Source: an uncultured Nitrososphaeraceae archaeon (GTDB taxonomy: Archaea; Thermoproteota; Nitrososphaeria; Nitrososphaerales; Nitrososphaeraceae). Taken from it: 64,000 nt of DNA. Position numbers and translations under genes: made by a program. Shown one piece after another: positions 32,527-43,775 of this stretch. Each line of letters begins with the position of its first letter. Position 1 is the stretch's first letter. The DNA lies in contig CAVZZA010000003.1 of the NCBI GenBank assembly GCA_963779615.1, positions 1,024,001 through 1,088,000 on the forward strand, read 5' to 3'. The notes under the pieces are model-generated. The model did no database searches. It was not told the DNA's origin and saw only the letters and a program-made list of their open reading frames with translations.

Positions 32527-32607
32527 TCATATTAGCCCAAACAAAAATTTCAACAAAATTATTAATACAATGATCCCAATTACAATCCATATTATGTTCC
32601 ATATCAT
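32527..32607 (-). CDS. 26-aa single-TM microprotein (not in ORF track)
   Basis: MIWNIIWIVIGIIVLIILLKFLFGLI*; stop 4 nt before the next ATG. Confidence 0.55.
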   Translation of the reverse strand: MIWNIIWIVIGIIVLIILLKFLFGLI

Positions 32608-32782
32608 GTTTTTTTATGATAAACAAACTTTATTAATATGATATTGAGTCTATGCTCGGATCATAAACCATAAAACAGTTCTTTAATTTATAAACACCGC
32701 AAATAATTGTGATATAGGACTGATCGAATTACAATAGTTATCAAAAAGAAACAAAAACAAAACAGGCAAAGTATAAGAGAAA

Positions 32783-33172
32783 TCAACCATTAACAAGATC
32801 TTTAATTAATTTGTTCAATAAAAATAATTTTATTGGCTTAACTACCAATGCTATTTTTTTATCCTTAAACATATTTTCACTGTTAAAAACACTTTTAATA
32901 GAATCATAAGCAGTAATCATCAATATGGCTACTGTGGGGTGATTTTGTAAAATTTCTTTTGCAGCGTCAATACCGTTCTTCTCATCAGGTAATCGATAGT
33001 CCATAATTATCAGGTCAGGTTTAAACTCCAAATAGTCATCCATAATATGAGTTGCAGTAGTATTTGTAACCAATACAGTGTAACCTTTATTTTTCAAATA
33101 GTCCTTATACAGAATTAAAAGGTCGTGCTCGTCCTCAACAATCATGACCTTGATGTTGTTTTTATCACTCAT
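32783..33172 (-). CDS. Single-domain response regulator receiver
   Basis: IVEDE, PDLIIMDYRLP, ITAY, VKP; likely start MSDKN. Confidence 0.9.
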   Translation of the reverse strand: MSDKNNIKVMIVEDEHDLLILYKDYLKNKGYTVLVTNTTATHIMDDYLEFKPDLIIMDYRLPDEKNGIDAAKEILQNHPTVAILMITAYDSIKSVFNSENMFKDKKIALVVKPIKLFLLNKLIKDLVNG

Positions 33173-34909
33173 ATCACGATATAAGATTGGCAGAGCATCA
33201 TTATTAGGCTTTACGCAACAAGCGATAACACAAATAGGATGATGTACCTCCAAATTCTTCCATTTCATTTTGTCCAGATACACCACATGCCACATATCGA
33301 CATTTTTTGACATAGATAAGCAAGCCCGTTCCATTTTCTTGGCGATTATAATTTCTCAAACAGTGTTGAAATATTTTTATACTGAATATCGTTTCAGCAC
33401 CTATAACCAAAACATCAAGAAAGTTTCAGGTGGAATTATCAAATATGACCTTTACCCTACTAAAACCCCTATTATCAAACTCACAAATCAACAAGATAAA
33501 TAAAGCCCTACTAATCAGAATTTCATCTGAAAAAATACCAAGGCTCTGTACTAGGCTTCAAGGTGTATTTTATTGGATTTTTAATAGAGGCATTCTTCAA
33601 CGTAATTTGTATTTTTTTATCATTACCAATCGTTTTTTATAAAACAAACGTCACCTTCAAATAGTCATGTTTATCACATTTTGAATTGGCATGCATTCTG
33701 AATGGATTTCTGGAAATTGCATGCTCATGTCCAACATTCTTGAATCTATTTTATTAGCATTCAGATAATCCCGGTATTGCGTCAAACGGGTTAAGGACAT
33801 GAGCAGCAACATTCATAAAATTTGGGCATTGTTTAAGTATGAATGTATTTGCACAACAGAAATTTTTTTTAAAATTAAGCAATTTTTTTAATTCGATAAT
33901 TTTTCTGTCAACAACTTGATTTCAGATTTTCATCCAATCTAACTGCAGAAGAGACACTTGAAAAGATGATAACTATTACAAATAAAATCATCAAAACATA
34001 AGGCAATGTTTTATCATCAATAATTTCCTTTATTAAAGTAAATATACCTTTTTGACAGATAAATGCATATGTAAAAAGATAATTTGATAACTTCTACAAA
34101 TATGACCACAGTTCATAACAAATAGTATCACCAACACCATTTATTAAAACATTTAATATGTGAAGACATCAATTTAAAAGCGTTGTTGATCAAGTATCAT
34201 TTAGTAAATTAAGACATATAATTAGAAGAAATCAATCAGGTAAAAATAACCTATATCTATCAAATATCTTTTAAGCGGCCATTGCATAAACGTATTTTGA
34301 CCCTCACCATCATACCTAAAGAAGTGTATGGGCATGTAAATAATATGTGAGTCACTTATTAGAATAATTTTTCTAATCCACATGTTTAGATTTTTATTTT
34401 TTCCCATATCACAACACCCAAGAATAGAACACTGTTACTAGGAACAATTTTGCTGGCTGGGATAAATTGTTGATATTAAACCAGTATAAAAAGAAATACC
34501 CTATTGCGAAAAGTGTGCCAATAGGAGAACATGCAGGGGATGGAAAAAACTATCGCCAATATTATCAAAGTACATGATAACGATAAAACGTCCCAGTTCC
34601 ACCGATTGTGTCAGTGACAATTGGTATCCACAATGCCACAAACTTTTGGAAATAGTGCCACACTCATAACCATTCGCAGCATGATAATAGCATGGCATAG
34701 AGAACTGCTATTCAGAACATCAGCAAGGCATAAAACTGATGATTTTACACCATTTCCCCGTGTAGGGAGGAAATGTAAACTAAAACATATACCCCTAATC
34801 GGTCGTATCTATTTGCAGATAATCACAATAAGGAATTAAAGACGCTTAGATAGAGTTAAAACAAAGATATCGATATATTTATTTATACTTTGTATCATAA
34901 AGCTAACTA

Positions 34910-35350
34910 ATGATTTCAAAAATAGCATTATTTGGAATAGTTGTAGCAGCTTTGTTTTCAATAACTCTAGGCATTCAGTCAGTCGATGCTGCACCTGTTA
35001 CATTTAATTTAACCAAGTCTAAAAATCCAGGTCCTGGTTTTGGTGACGAAAAAATAGGAACGGTGAGCATTGATACAAAGGATAATAAAACATACATTTC
35101 AGCAAATTTGTCCGATACTGCCCCTAAGCAAGACAAAGTGTTTGAAGCATGGCTGGTAGATGCAGGTGGATCAAATTATAAATTGAGTTTGGGACAAGTC
35201 ACAGAGGGTAATTTACAGTTTACAGAAAAATTAGTTAACCCATATACCTACAAACAATTCATAATAACAGAAGAACCTGCAAACGATAAAGATCCCAATG
35301 CTGCTGATACATATGGAGGGGTTGAATTACCAATCCCATATGGACAGTAA
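34910..35350 (+). CDS. Secreted protein with RskA C-terminal-like domain
   Basis: Signal peptide; VFEAWLVD...LSLG...IITEEP. Confidence 0.7.
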   Translation: MISKIALFGIVVAALFSITLGIQSVDAAPVTFNLTKSKNPGPGFGDEKIGTVSIDTKDNKTYISANLSDTAPKQDKVFEAWLVDAGGSNYKLSLGQVTEGNLQFTEKLVNPYTYKQFIITEEPANDKDPNAADTYGGVELPIPYGQ

Positions 35351-35675
35351 TCTTCTTTTTTTTTACAATCAACTTTAAGATGTATCTCTGCATTAACTGA
35401 AATAAATAATTATAAGCTCGGGCTTAAACACTATTTCAATAATATAGGCAACCCATTCCAATACAGTTAACGTCTTAGATGGCCCCGTTTACTTTAGGTT
35501 TTATTTTGTTATTTCATATCAAGCTCAGTTGATAACATCAGCATGAAAACAGTCATTTTTGAAAATTAGTTCTCCCCAATTAATACAAAATTATTGTGCA
35601 TATTACTTGAAAGACTCCAATCAAATATCAAATAAACCAAATAAAGGACAGTCCCCAAAGTGAGAGTCTGAATTC

Positions 35676-35950
35676 GGCTCTGTCAACTTAACGTTTTTCT
35701 ATATCACCCAGACAGCTATTAGTATGTATAACGAGAAAGTTTTAGGAGACTCTAGACTAATGAAGGATGAAGGGTTACAACACCAAGACAAGTTTGAGAA
35801 AAACGGAGCGTAAAAGATGGAGATTTCTTGACTTGTTTGACAACTAGGAAAGGTTATGTATATAAAAAAAATTAGAATTTGATTCTGATAAAGCATTTAA
35901 ACAGATAGGGAAATTTAAAAGAGAGAAATTACTGTTAAGTTGACAGAGCC
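35676..35950. mobile_element. 275-bp non-autonomous IS6-type MITE
   Basis: Perfect 17-bp TIR GGCTCTGTCAACTTAAC, near-identical to the TIR of the IS6 at 51867; flanked by GAATTC on both sides. Confidence 0.85.
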
Positions 35951-36000
35951 GAATTCAGATTGATTTGTTTAAATACAAAAGTTGATAACTTTAAATAATT

Positions 36001-37248
36001 TTGACGAAATATGATGATGCAATCGAGCTGCATAAAATGCTTAAAGGTAAAATAGAGGTTTGCAGCAGGATTTCTCCGAACAAGATTTTTGAGGACGAAG
36101 CAACAAACAAAGGCATTTTGGACCTCATATATACTCCGGGAGTAGCCTTTGTTGCCCAGGAAATATACCGCAACAAAGAACTTGTTTATGACTATACATC
36201 AAAGTGGAATAATGTTGCAATAATATGCGATGGAACAAGGGTTCTTGGGCTTGGAAACATAGGGCCTGAGGCGGCATTAACAGTTATGGAAGGAAAATCA
36301 ATATTATTTAAGATACTAGGCAACATAAATGCATATCCTCTTTGCATATCCACACATAGCAAAGAAGAAATAATCAAGTTTGTTAAACTAATAGAGCCAA
36401 ACTTTGGTGCTATAAACATTGAGGATATAGAATCCCCGAAGGTTTTAGAGATAGTGGAAATATTGCAAAAGGAAATGTCTATTCCAATTTTTCATGATGA
36501 CCAACACGGAACAGCAGCAATAACACTTGCTGCACTTATAAATTCACTCAAGATTGTGAACAAAAAGATGGAAAACTCCAAAGTAATAATTGCGGGGGCA
36601 GGCTCTGCAGGATACGGAATATTCAAGGTGCTTTACAAAGCAGGATGTAGAGAAATCATCGTAATCGATAAAAAGGGCTCAATCCACAAGGATAGAGAAG
36701 ATCTTCATAACCACCCTTCACACAATAATGAAAATAACGACAGTTCAAACGGTAAAAATAATTACACCAACTCCTTTAAGACAGAAATTGCAGCCAAGAC
36801 AAACTTAAAAAAGATATCTGGAGACCTGGAAAAGGTTATCCAAGGTGCAGATGTTTTTATCGGGACAACAGGAAAAGGGAAGATATTAAACGACAAAATG
36901 ATAAAATCCATGAATTGCGATCCCATTATCTTTGCTCTAAGCAATCCTGATCCTGAAATACTTCCTGAAAACGCGTTGGCTGCAGGAGCCAAGATTATTG
37001 CTACCGGTAGGTCGGATTTTCCAAATCAAATAAATAATGCGGTAGTATTTCCTTCCATCTTCAGAGCGCTTTTAGATTTAAGAGTAAAAAATATAGATGA
37101 GGACATACTCATAGCGGTCGCCCAATCAATTGCAAATCTAGTAGATTCAAAGCTTCTAAAAGAAGACTACATCATACCAAAAATTAATGATCCTCGGATA
37201 CTACCAATAGTAACTAATTCCATAAAAGAATACATTTTGAATCGATAA
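36001..37248 (+). CDS. NAD(P)-dependent malic enzyme
   Basis: YTPGVA, DGTRVLGLG, VMEGK, NIEDI, FHDDQHGTA, GAGSAG, ATGRSD, NQINN. Confidence 0.95.
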   Translation: MTKYDDAIELHKMLKGKIEVCSRISPNKIFEDEATNKGILDLIYTPGVAFVAQEIYRNKELVYDYTSKWNNVAIICDGTRVLGLGNIGPEAALTVMEGKSILFKILGNINAYPLCISTHSKEEIIKFVKLIEPNFGAINIEDIESPKVLEIVEILQKEMSIPIFHDDQHGTAAITLAALINSLKIVNKKMENSKVIIAGAGSAGYGIFKVLYKAGCREIIVIDKKGSIHKDREDLHNHPSHNNENNDSSNGKNNYTNSFKTEIAAKTNLKKISGDLEKVIQGADVFIGTTGKGKILNDKMIKSMNCDPIIFALSNPDPEILPENALAAGAKIIATGRSDFPNQINNAVVFPSIFRALLDLRVKNIDEDILIAVAQSIANLVDSKLLKEDYIIPKINDPRILPIVTNSIKEYILNR

Positions 37249-37527
37249 AGAAATCATGTTGAAAAGACAGTGAAAAGACAGGTTAACCATGCGAAGAAGC
37301 ATCAATTGCTTGTATGGGATTGTTTTAGATAACACAGGATTTTATAGAGATATCATGCAGTGTTGACACCTTGTTGAAACTTTTGGTCAATGGACTAAAA
37401 AGAACCAAAATCTATATTTTTATCCACACATTGGTTGATCATAAACATTACAGCAAAAAACAATTATTCTAATATGGAATACAAGATTTATAATTGCATG
37501 CGATTAGTACAACTTCATGATAGATGA

Positions 37528-38940
37528 ATGGAACAAGGGAGAGAAAAACCAATAGGCAAATTAGATAATGCAAAAGAAACAAAAATTTTGGTGACAGGTG
37601 GAAGCGGTTTTATAGGAAGTGGACTGATAAAAAACCTAATAGATAAAAAAAATTCCGCAAAATATCCATATTTCATACGTTGTCTAACAAGGAATAAAAA
37701 ATCTATAAGCAATTTAAAAATTAGTGAGAAGGACATACAGATTGTCGAAGGAGATCTATCTAATTATAATGACTGCTTGAATGCCTTAGATGGGATAGAC
37801 ATAGCATACTATCTTGTCCACTCCATGGAAGGGTCCACAAAAGATTGGAAAAAGTTCTCTCAGAAAGAACAAACCACCGCCGAAAATTTTTCTCGTGCAT
37901 CCTCCCAGTGCAATGTTAAAAGGATCATATATCTTGGTGGGCTAACCCATGGGCAGGATAACGAAATATCCCAACACATGTTAAGCAGAAAACAGGTAGG
38001 AGAGACACTTGCAAAATCAAATGCAAAGGTAACCATTTTCCGTGCAGCAGTAATTCTTGGAAGTGGAGGAGGGTCCTTTGAAATGTTAAGGTATCTGGTT
38101 GAGAGGTTGCCAGTAATGGTTTGCCCAAAATGGGTTTTGACCAAATGTCAACCAATATTTATTGGGGATGTGCTGAATTACCTTTCAGGGTCAATTGAAA
38201 TAGAGGAAACAGAGGGAAAAGCATTTGATATCGGGGGCCCTGACATTTTAACCTACTCTGACATGATGAAAATATATGCCAAAATAATTCATAAATCGAT
38301 AAAGATTATAAGAATACCGGTTTTAACCACTAAACTATCATCCTATTGGGTAGATTTAGTAACACCGGTGGAAGCATCTCTGGCAAGGCCACTTGTGGAA
38401 AGCCTTAGGCATGAAGCTGTTGTAAAGGAACACTCCATCGTAAAGCTAATTCCTTTAAAATTAAAAACTTTTCAAGAATCATTGGAATATTGTTTAAAAG
38501 AAGAGAACAGATATAAAAGGATAAACAAAAATGAAATTAAAAAAGAGAGAACTTCAGTTTCGCTAAATTACAAAATTCTTTTGGTATCACTATCTTTGTT
38601 ATTAATAATAGGCACCACCTATTATTTCCTCGACAGCAGGCAGGTGTTTCTAAAGCCATTTTGGTTAGCGGTGGCATCGCTTTGGTATTTATCCATCATA
38701 TTTTCGATCTATTTCATAAGATTCGGTGCAAGGTTGGGGGCATTGGTAGCTGGGATAGTTGGTTGGGCAACACTAATATTCTGGATATCGGATAACTATT
38801 ACATTATTTCAGGGTATTCCTTGATATTAAGCAACCCAAACTCCAATGAGACATGGAGAAACATAGTGGGCATAATAATTGCATCCTTTACCATACTTTC
38901 GTCTCACAATATTTTTAACAAGATAAAGGTGCGGCATTAA
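37528..38940 (+). CDS. YbjT-like atypical SDR (NAD(P)H-binding) with C-terminal TM domain
   Basis: TGGSGFIG, AYYLVHSM, IYLGGL, RAAVILGSG, SFEMLRYLVERLPVM, LARPLVESL; about four TM helices. Confidence 0.85.
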   Translation: MEQGREKPIGKLDNAKETKILVTGGSGFIGSGLIKNLIDKKNSAKYPYFIRCLTRNKKSISNLKISEKDIQIVEGDLSNYNDCLNALDGIDIAYYLVHSMEGSTKDWKKFSQKEQTTAENFSRASSQCNVKRIIYLGGLTHGQDNEISQHMLSRKQVGETLAKSNAKVTIFRAAVILGSGGGSFEMLRYLVERLPVMVCPKWVLTKCQPIFIGDVLNYLSGSIEIEETEGKAFDIGGPDILTYSDMMKIYAKIIHKSIKIIRIPVLTTKLSSYWVDLVTPVEASLARPLVESLRHEAVVKEHSIVKLIPLKLKTFQESLEYCLKEENRYKRINKNEIKKERTSVSLNYKILLVSLSLLLIIGTTYYFLDSRQVFLKPFWLAVASLWYLSIIFSIYFIRFGARLGALVAGIVGWATLIFWISDNYYIISGYSLILSNPNSNETWRNIVGIIIASFTILSSHNIFNKIKVRH

Positions 38941-39160
38941 ATAAAACGCCGAACACACTACAAAGATCACAAAGCAATGAAAAAAAGGAAACAGGTTTTT
39001 TTAAAATCTTACCTTTACACTTGCAGACATGGGAAATTTCTAAAAAACACTTTTTTAATTAAAACAATAGACAGGAAAATCAATTTTCACCATACATGTT
39101 AAAAAAGTAATTAGCACCAGTATACAATATTAGCACTATGTTAATATTTTAGCGAAACTG

Positions 39161-40075
39161 ATGTTAAATACGGCATACATAAGATTGAAAAAGGTTAAAG
39201 GCACCGATTACCTTTATCTGGTTCAAAGCAAATGGGACCCACTTTTGAAAACATCTGGGCAAAAAACAATAAAATATCTTGGCAAGGCCTCCAATGTCAC
39301 TGTTGAAAGTATTCCTCAAGAGTATAGGGATAACCCCAGAATTTTGTCAGCGATAAGGTCAAAAACTGGAAACCAGTCAAAAAAAACATCGGCAGTTGGA
39401 GGGTTGAAAAAACAGGTTTTCAACGCCCTAAAAAATGGTGATGCGGAAAAAGTATTGACGATAGCTCAACTGTACGAAAAAGAAACTAGCCTTGCGGAGT
39501 TCTACGATGACATCCTAAAACAGGTTTTATATGGGATTGGATACCTGTGGGAACACAATATATTAGACATAGCAACTGAGCATATATGCAGCAATATAAC
39601 TAACGAAATAGTTCACAAGCTAAATACGTATCATAAAAAGGACAGGAAAAATTCAAGTATTTTACTATGCACCCCAGAAGGAGAAATTCACAATATTGCA
39701 TGCAATATAATAGAGTCAATACTATTACAGAAAGGATACAAAGTACACAACATCTCACCATCGGCTCCTGCCGAATCGGTTATTATGCACATCAAAGATA
39801 CAAATCCATCACTAATAATGATTTCTGTGACCCTTAAAGAAAACATTGGAACATCAAAACGGCTCATGAAAAGGATAAGTACAGAATTCAACATACCTGT
39901 TCTTTTAGGAGGATTGGCAATAACAGAAAACAGTGAAAAGGAAAGGAAAGATATCGAAATGATGAGTAACAATATTAAGGTTATAACTAACGGAACTCTA
40001 AAAACATTGGTACGTACAGTTGGATTGATGACAAAAAATAGCACATTAACCAAAAACATCAAATCAACTCAATAG
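39161..40075 (+). CDS. CarH-like cobalamin-binding protein with basic N-terminal beta domain
   Basis: W-x9-EH (WEHNILDIATEH), EIHNIA, ISVT, LLGG. Confidence 0.82.
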   Translation: MLNTAYIRLKKVKGTDYLYLVQSKWDPLLKTSGQKTIKYLGKASNVTVESIPQEYRDNPRILSAIRSKTGNQSKKTSAVGGLKKQVFNALKNGDAEKVLTIAQLYEKETSLAEFYDDILKQVLYGIGYLWEHNILDIATEHICSNITNEIVHKLNTYHKKDRKNSSILLCTPEGEIHNIACNIIESILLQKGYKVHNISPSAPAESVIMHIKDTNPSLIMISVTLKENIGTSKRLMKRISTEFNIPVLLGGLAITENSEKERKDIEMMSNNIKVITNGTLKTLVRTVGLMTKNSTLTKNIKSTQ

Positions 40076-40186
40076 ACTGAACACCTGATACAGAATTCTC
40101 AACCATGATGCCATAATTTTAGATCAAACAACAATACATGCAAATCAGTTTATCATAAAAATAAAATCACAAACAGGCGACAAAGA

Positions 40187-40489
40187 TTAAAAGTTATCCC
40201 CAAAGTTTTTCATGTTAGAGTTGACTCTTTCTTGTGCGTTTCCCTCACCTTCACCTTTACGTTTATGTTTATGGTCATTTTTATGGACCCGTGCGTCCAT
40301 TTCTTTTCCGTGTTCCTCACGCACATGATGCAATCTATCTTTTTCATGGAGGAATTGTTTTCCGCATTTAGAACACTTTAAAATTGTAGAGTGATGAATT
40401 TTCCTTGAGTGTTCAATCAGTTCACTAAACGAACCGAATTTTTCGTTGTCTGCCTCGCACTTATATTTTTTTTTATGAAAGAAATCCAC
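40187..40489 (-). CDS. Tandem C2H2-type zinc-finger protein
   Basis: CEAD...F...L..H...H and CSKC...F...HVREEH. Confidence 0.8.
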   Translation of the reverse strand: MDFFHKKKYKCEADNEKFGSFSELIEHSRKIHHSTILKCSKCGKQFLHEKDRLHHVREEHGKEMDARVHKNDHKHKRKGEGEGNAQERVNSNMKNFGDNF

Positions 40490-40681
40490 AAATTCATTGA
40501 TGAAAAGAAGTTATTAAATTTTTTATTAAATTTGTTGATTTGTCTAAAGTATGTTGGTTTATTTAGATGATTATACAATTATTTCAATAAAAACACATAA
40601 AAAGGAAAATCGGCGCGGCTAAATCTCGGCTCGGATTTGCCACAAAGATAAGATTTGCAGCCAAATTATCTTTTGCTGAAA

Positions 40682-41482
40682 TCATTTTATTAAACTATAT
40701 ATCCAACTGTACATTTCAGAATTTGAAACAGCTATAAACGACATTCTTGAATCCACAGAAAGATCACAATTCAAATCATTACCACTCATATCAAAAACAA
40801 GTCCACCGGCTTCCTTGGCAATCAGATAACAGGCAGCCATGTCAATAGCCCTAATTTTGTTTCTGATATCAATATATGCGTCTATTGAGCCTTGTGCAAA
40901 ATAACATACCTCCAGAGCATTGGCACCTAGATGTCTTACATGGTTAACTGAAGATACCAGTTTTGAAATTGAAACAAAAAGACTTTCAGGCAAACCTGAT
41001 ATATTCAATCCTACGACCAATTCTTTTGCAGATTTTGTTGGTTGTTTTGTTAAATCTAACTTTTTTTCATTAATAAATGAGCCTTTATTTTTAGATGCGT
41101 GATAAAGGTCGCCCGATAAAAGATTAAAAACTACTGCATCGGTAACAGATTGAAGCTTTGTATCAGAAGAATAGGCCAGTGAGCAGCAATAAAAAGGAAG
41201 GCCACAATTTGCATTGGTGGTTCCATCTATCCCATCCATCACAATCAATCCAGCGTCATTGCCTTTTACTAAACCACATTCTTCCCCCATAACATCAGGA
41301 ATAAAATTATTCCTCTTTAAGGTATCAAAGACAGACTTTTCTGCCACAAGGTCTATTCTAGTCGAAACATCACCTCCTGCGCCCATATTAAATTTTTGTT
41401 GTCCCTCAATGGTTCCTATTATATTTTTAGTGTTATCATAAACACTATTAGCACACTCTTTTAAAATACCTAAAACCGACAC
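40682..41482 (-). CDS. suhB: Inositol monophosphatase / FBPase family protein
   Basis: GEE, DGIDGTTN, RHLGANALE, DMAA...EAGG. Confidence 0.88.
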   Translation of the reverse strand: MSVLGILKECANSVYDNTKNIIGTIEGQQKFNMGAGGDVSTRIDLVAEKSVFDTLKRNNFIPDVMGEECGLVKGNDAGLIVMDGIDGTTNANCGLPFYCCSLAYSSDTKLQSVTDAVVFNLLSGDLYHASKNKGSFINEKKLDLTKQPTKSAKELVVGLNISGLPESLFVSISKLVSSVNHVRHLGANALEVCYFAQGSIDAYIDIRNKIRAIDMAACYLIAKEAGGLVFDMSGNDLNCDLSVDSRMSFIAVSNSEMYSWIYSLIK

Positions 41483-41831
41483 TTTTTGATCACATCAACG
41501 TTAATTGTATAAAGTAATAAAAACTATCAAGCAAATGTTAAAACATCCAAGTGCATTATCCATCCCAATTAAAAACATCATTTCATAATTGTGGCATATC
41601 AGGACATAAAGCAACCATTTGCTAAAAATATCAGTTAATGCAAATGAAGATAAAGAGCAAACTAGTTGCTTAATACAAATCACACACATATAATCATTTA
41701 AAAATGCTCACATCGCAAGCTTTGGGCATAATTTGCATTTCCACAGATCAAAGACATCATTATTCACAACTTTAGCCCTACAAGCAAAAAAGACAACAAA
41801 ACATAATAGAATAGAACGCAACAACAAACAC

Positions 41832-43425
41832 ATGTTAGACGGTTCAGAACCCTCATCATCCATATCACAATCATCAATAAGCAATGATCTTTTAGGAGTA
41901 GTCATAGGAGTTACTAATTCAGGATACGTTATTTTTGAGGGAAAAGAGCCAGTGGGTCTCGGAGAATACATAGTTATAACAAATACCGACAAGAAAAAAA
42001 TATTGGGCGTTGTAGAATCATGCCTTATTAAAAGTGATGCCTTAGACGATATTTCAAATTTTCAAGAAGCTTTGGAAAGTAAAACTGTTGCCGAAATAAA
42101 TAAAAGAGACAAAAGTTTTAAAATTAGCGTTAAAATCTTAGGTTTACTGAATTTACTAAAACAGTCCAAGGTAATTTTACCCGAAATTCCGCCATTGCCA
42201 GGAACAGAGGTTTACAAGGCAAATAAAAATGATCTAGAGGAAATATTTAATCCTGAAGACGAATCATGGCTAAAAGTTGGAACCCTTTTACGAAACAGTA
42301 ATGTCAATGCAAAAATAAACATCAACAAACTTACTACTCGGCACCTTGGAATTTTGGCGATGACAGGCATGGGGAAAAGTAATTTGGTCAGCATAATAGC
42401 TAAAGCAATATCAGAAATACCCGGGACAATGGTTATCTTTGACTATCATGACGAATATCACTTCTTAGATGGTGAAAACATTAATTTTGTTCAGGCCCAA
42501 ATAAATCCAAGGCTCCTTACTGCAGAAAAGTTTGCAGAAGTGATTGAGGTCAGAGACAATGCAGATATTCAAAACACAATATTACTAAAAGCATTTGACA
42601 ATGACGATTTGAAGAATAAAACGGAAGACAATTTTTGGGATTTTTTAGAAAGCAATATTCAGGAAATAGGCCATAAAGAAAAAAGATTCACAACTTCTGC
42701 AGATAGGGTATTAGACAAAATAAAAGAGGCAAGGAAAAGGTTTGACAGCATTTTAATCCCTAATTCATCGGATCCTGTTTCACAAATCAAGGAAGGAAAA
42801 GTAAACGTAATTAATTTGATAGAATTCACAGAAAAGCAAGCTAATGTTGCAATTGCTTTTTATTTAGAATCGATATTGTATCAAAGAAAGTTATCGAAAA
42901 GCAAGGGCAAGGGTTTAATAGCAAAGAAACACCGGAAAAAATCAGGTTTTATTTCACAGTCCAGTTATTGTAGTAATAGAAGAAGCCCATGTATTTATTC
43001 CAAAAAATGAGAATACGGACACAAAATACATTGCATCAAAAGTGGCAAGGGAGGGCAGGAAATTTGGCGTAGGCCTAATAATAGTTTCTCAAAGACCCAG
43101 GTCACTCGATCCCAATGTTTTAAGCCAAATGGGTTCTTTATCAATAATGAAAATAGTTCAGCAAGAAGATCAATCACAGATAGGATCGGCTAGTGAAGCC
43201 ATAAATGGGAAAGTCATAGAGCAACTGCCTTCGCTGAATCCAGGAGAAGCTCTTTTTGTAGGCCAATGGGTAAATTTACCCTCATTTATAAAAATAGATG
43301 AAATTAAGGAGAGAACGATGGGAAAGGACCCCGAGCCTGTAAAAGAGTGGAAAAACAATCAAATAAGCAAGGAACTGTCGATAGAAGACTGCCAGTTTTA
43401 TATTCGGGAAGAATACATAGATTAA
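41832..43425 (+). CDS. herA: HerA DNA-repair ATPase/helicase, frameshift near 42940
   Basis: HAS barrel; RHLGILAMTGMGKS; FDYHDEY; IEEAH; AREGRKFG; SQRP. Confidence 0.9.
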
Positions 43426-43447
43426 ACAATTGTTTTTACAAATATAA

Positions 43448-43762
43448 ATGGAACATCAGATATTTTTTCATCTGATGAACATTGCTTTAATAACAAAAGG
43501 TGAAAAACAGATAAGATTAAAACTATTTGACGAAAACTTGAAAGAACTGGCCGAAGAACAATTTCAAGACACATACACTTTGAATTTTTTTTTGCAGATA
43601 ATTCCAAAAAAATACAACACCAGCAAAACATTGATGATTCTCAATGATTTAGAAAGATTGAAAGATGTTAATGACGATAACGACAACAACAATGTTGAAT
43701 TAATATTAGCTAAAGATGAAAATTCGTATTTTATAAATGAATCACAAAACAACTGCCAATGA
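43448..43762 (+). CDS. Hypothetical protein
   Basis: 104-aa ORF 22 nt after herA. Confidence 0.5.
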   Translation: MEHQIFFHLMNIALITKGEKQIRLKLFDENLKELAEEQFQDTYTLNFFLQIIPKKYNTSKTLMILNDLERLKDVNDDNDNNNVELILAKDENSYFINESQNNCQ

Positions 43763-43775
43763 TTAACAGGCTGCA

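Noticed and set aside
33180-34900. Short ORFs in the AT-rich stretch upstream of the response regulator
   Set aside because: Fragmentary with no recognisable motifs; possibly decayed genes but not identifiable.
25286-40100. Integrative element at tRNA-Asp
   Set aside because: No integrase and no duplicated tRNA 3' end (att) seen; looks like a gradually accumulated variable region.
40610-40675. Hairpin AAAGATA..ATTTG-CAGC-CAAAT-TATCTTT after suhB
   Set aside because: Short and AT-rich; compatible with chance or a simple terminator-associated structure.
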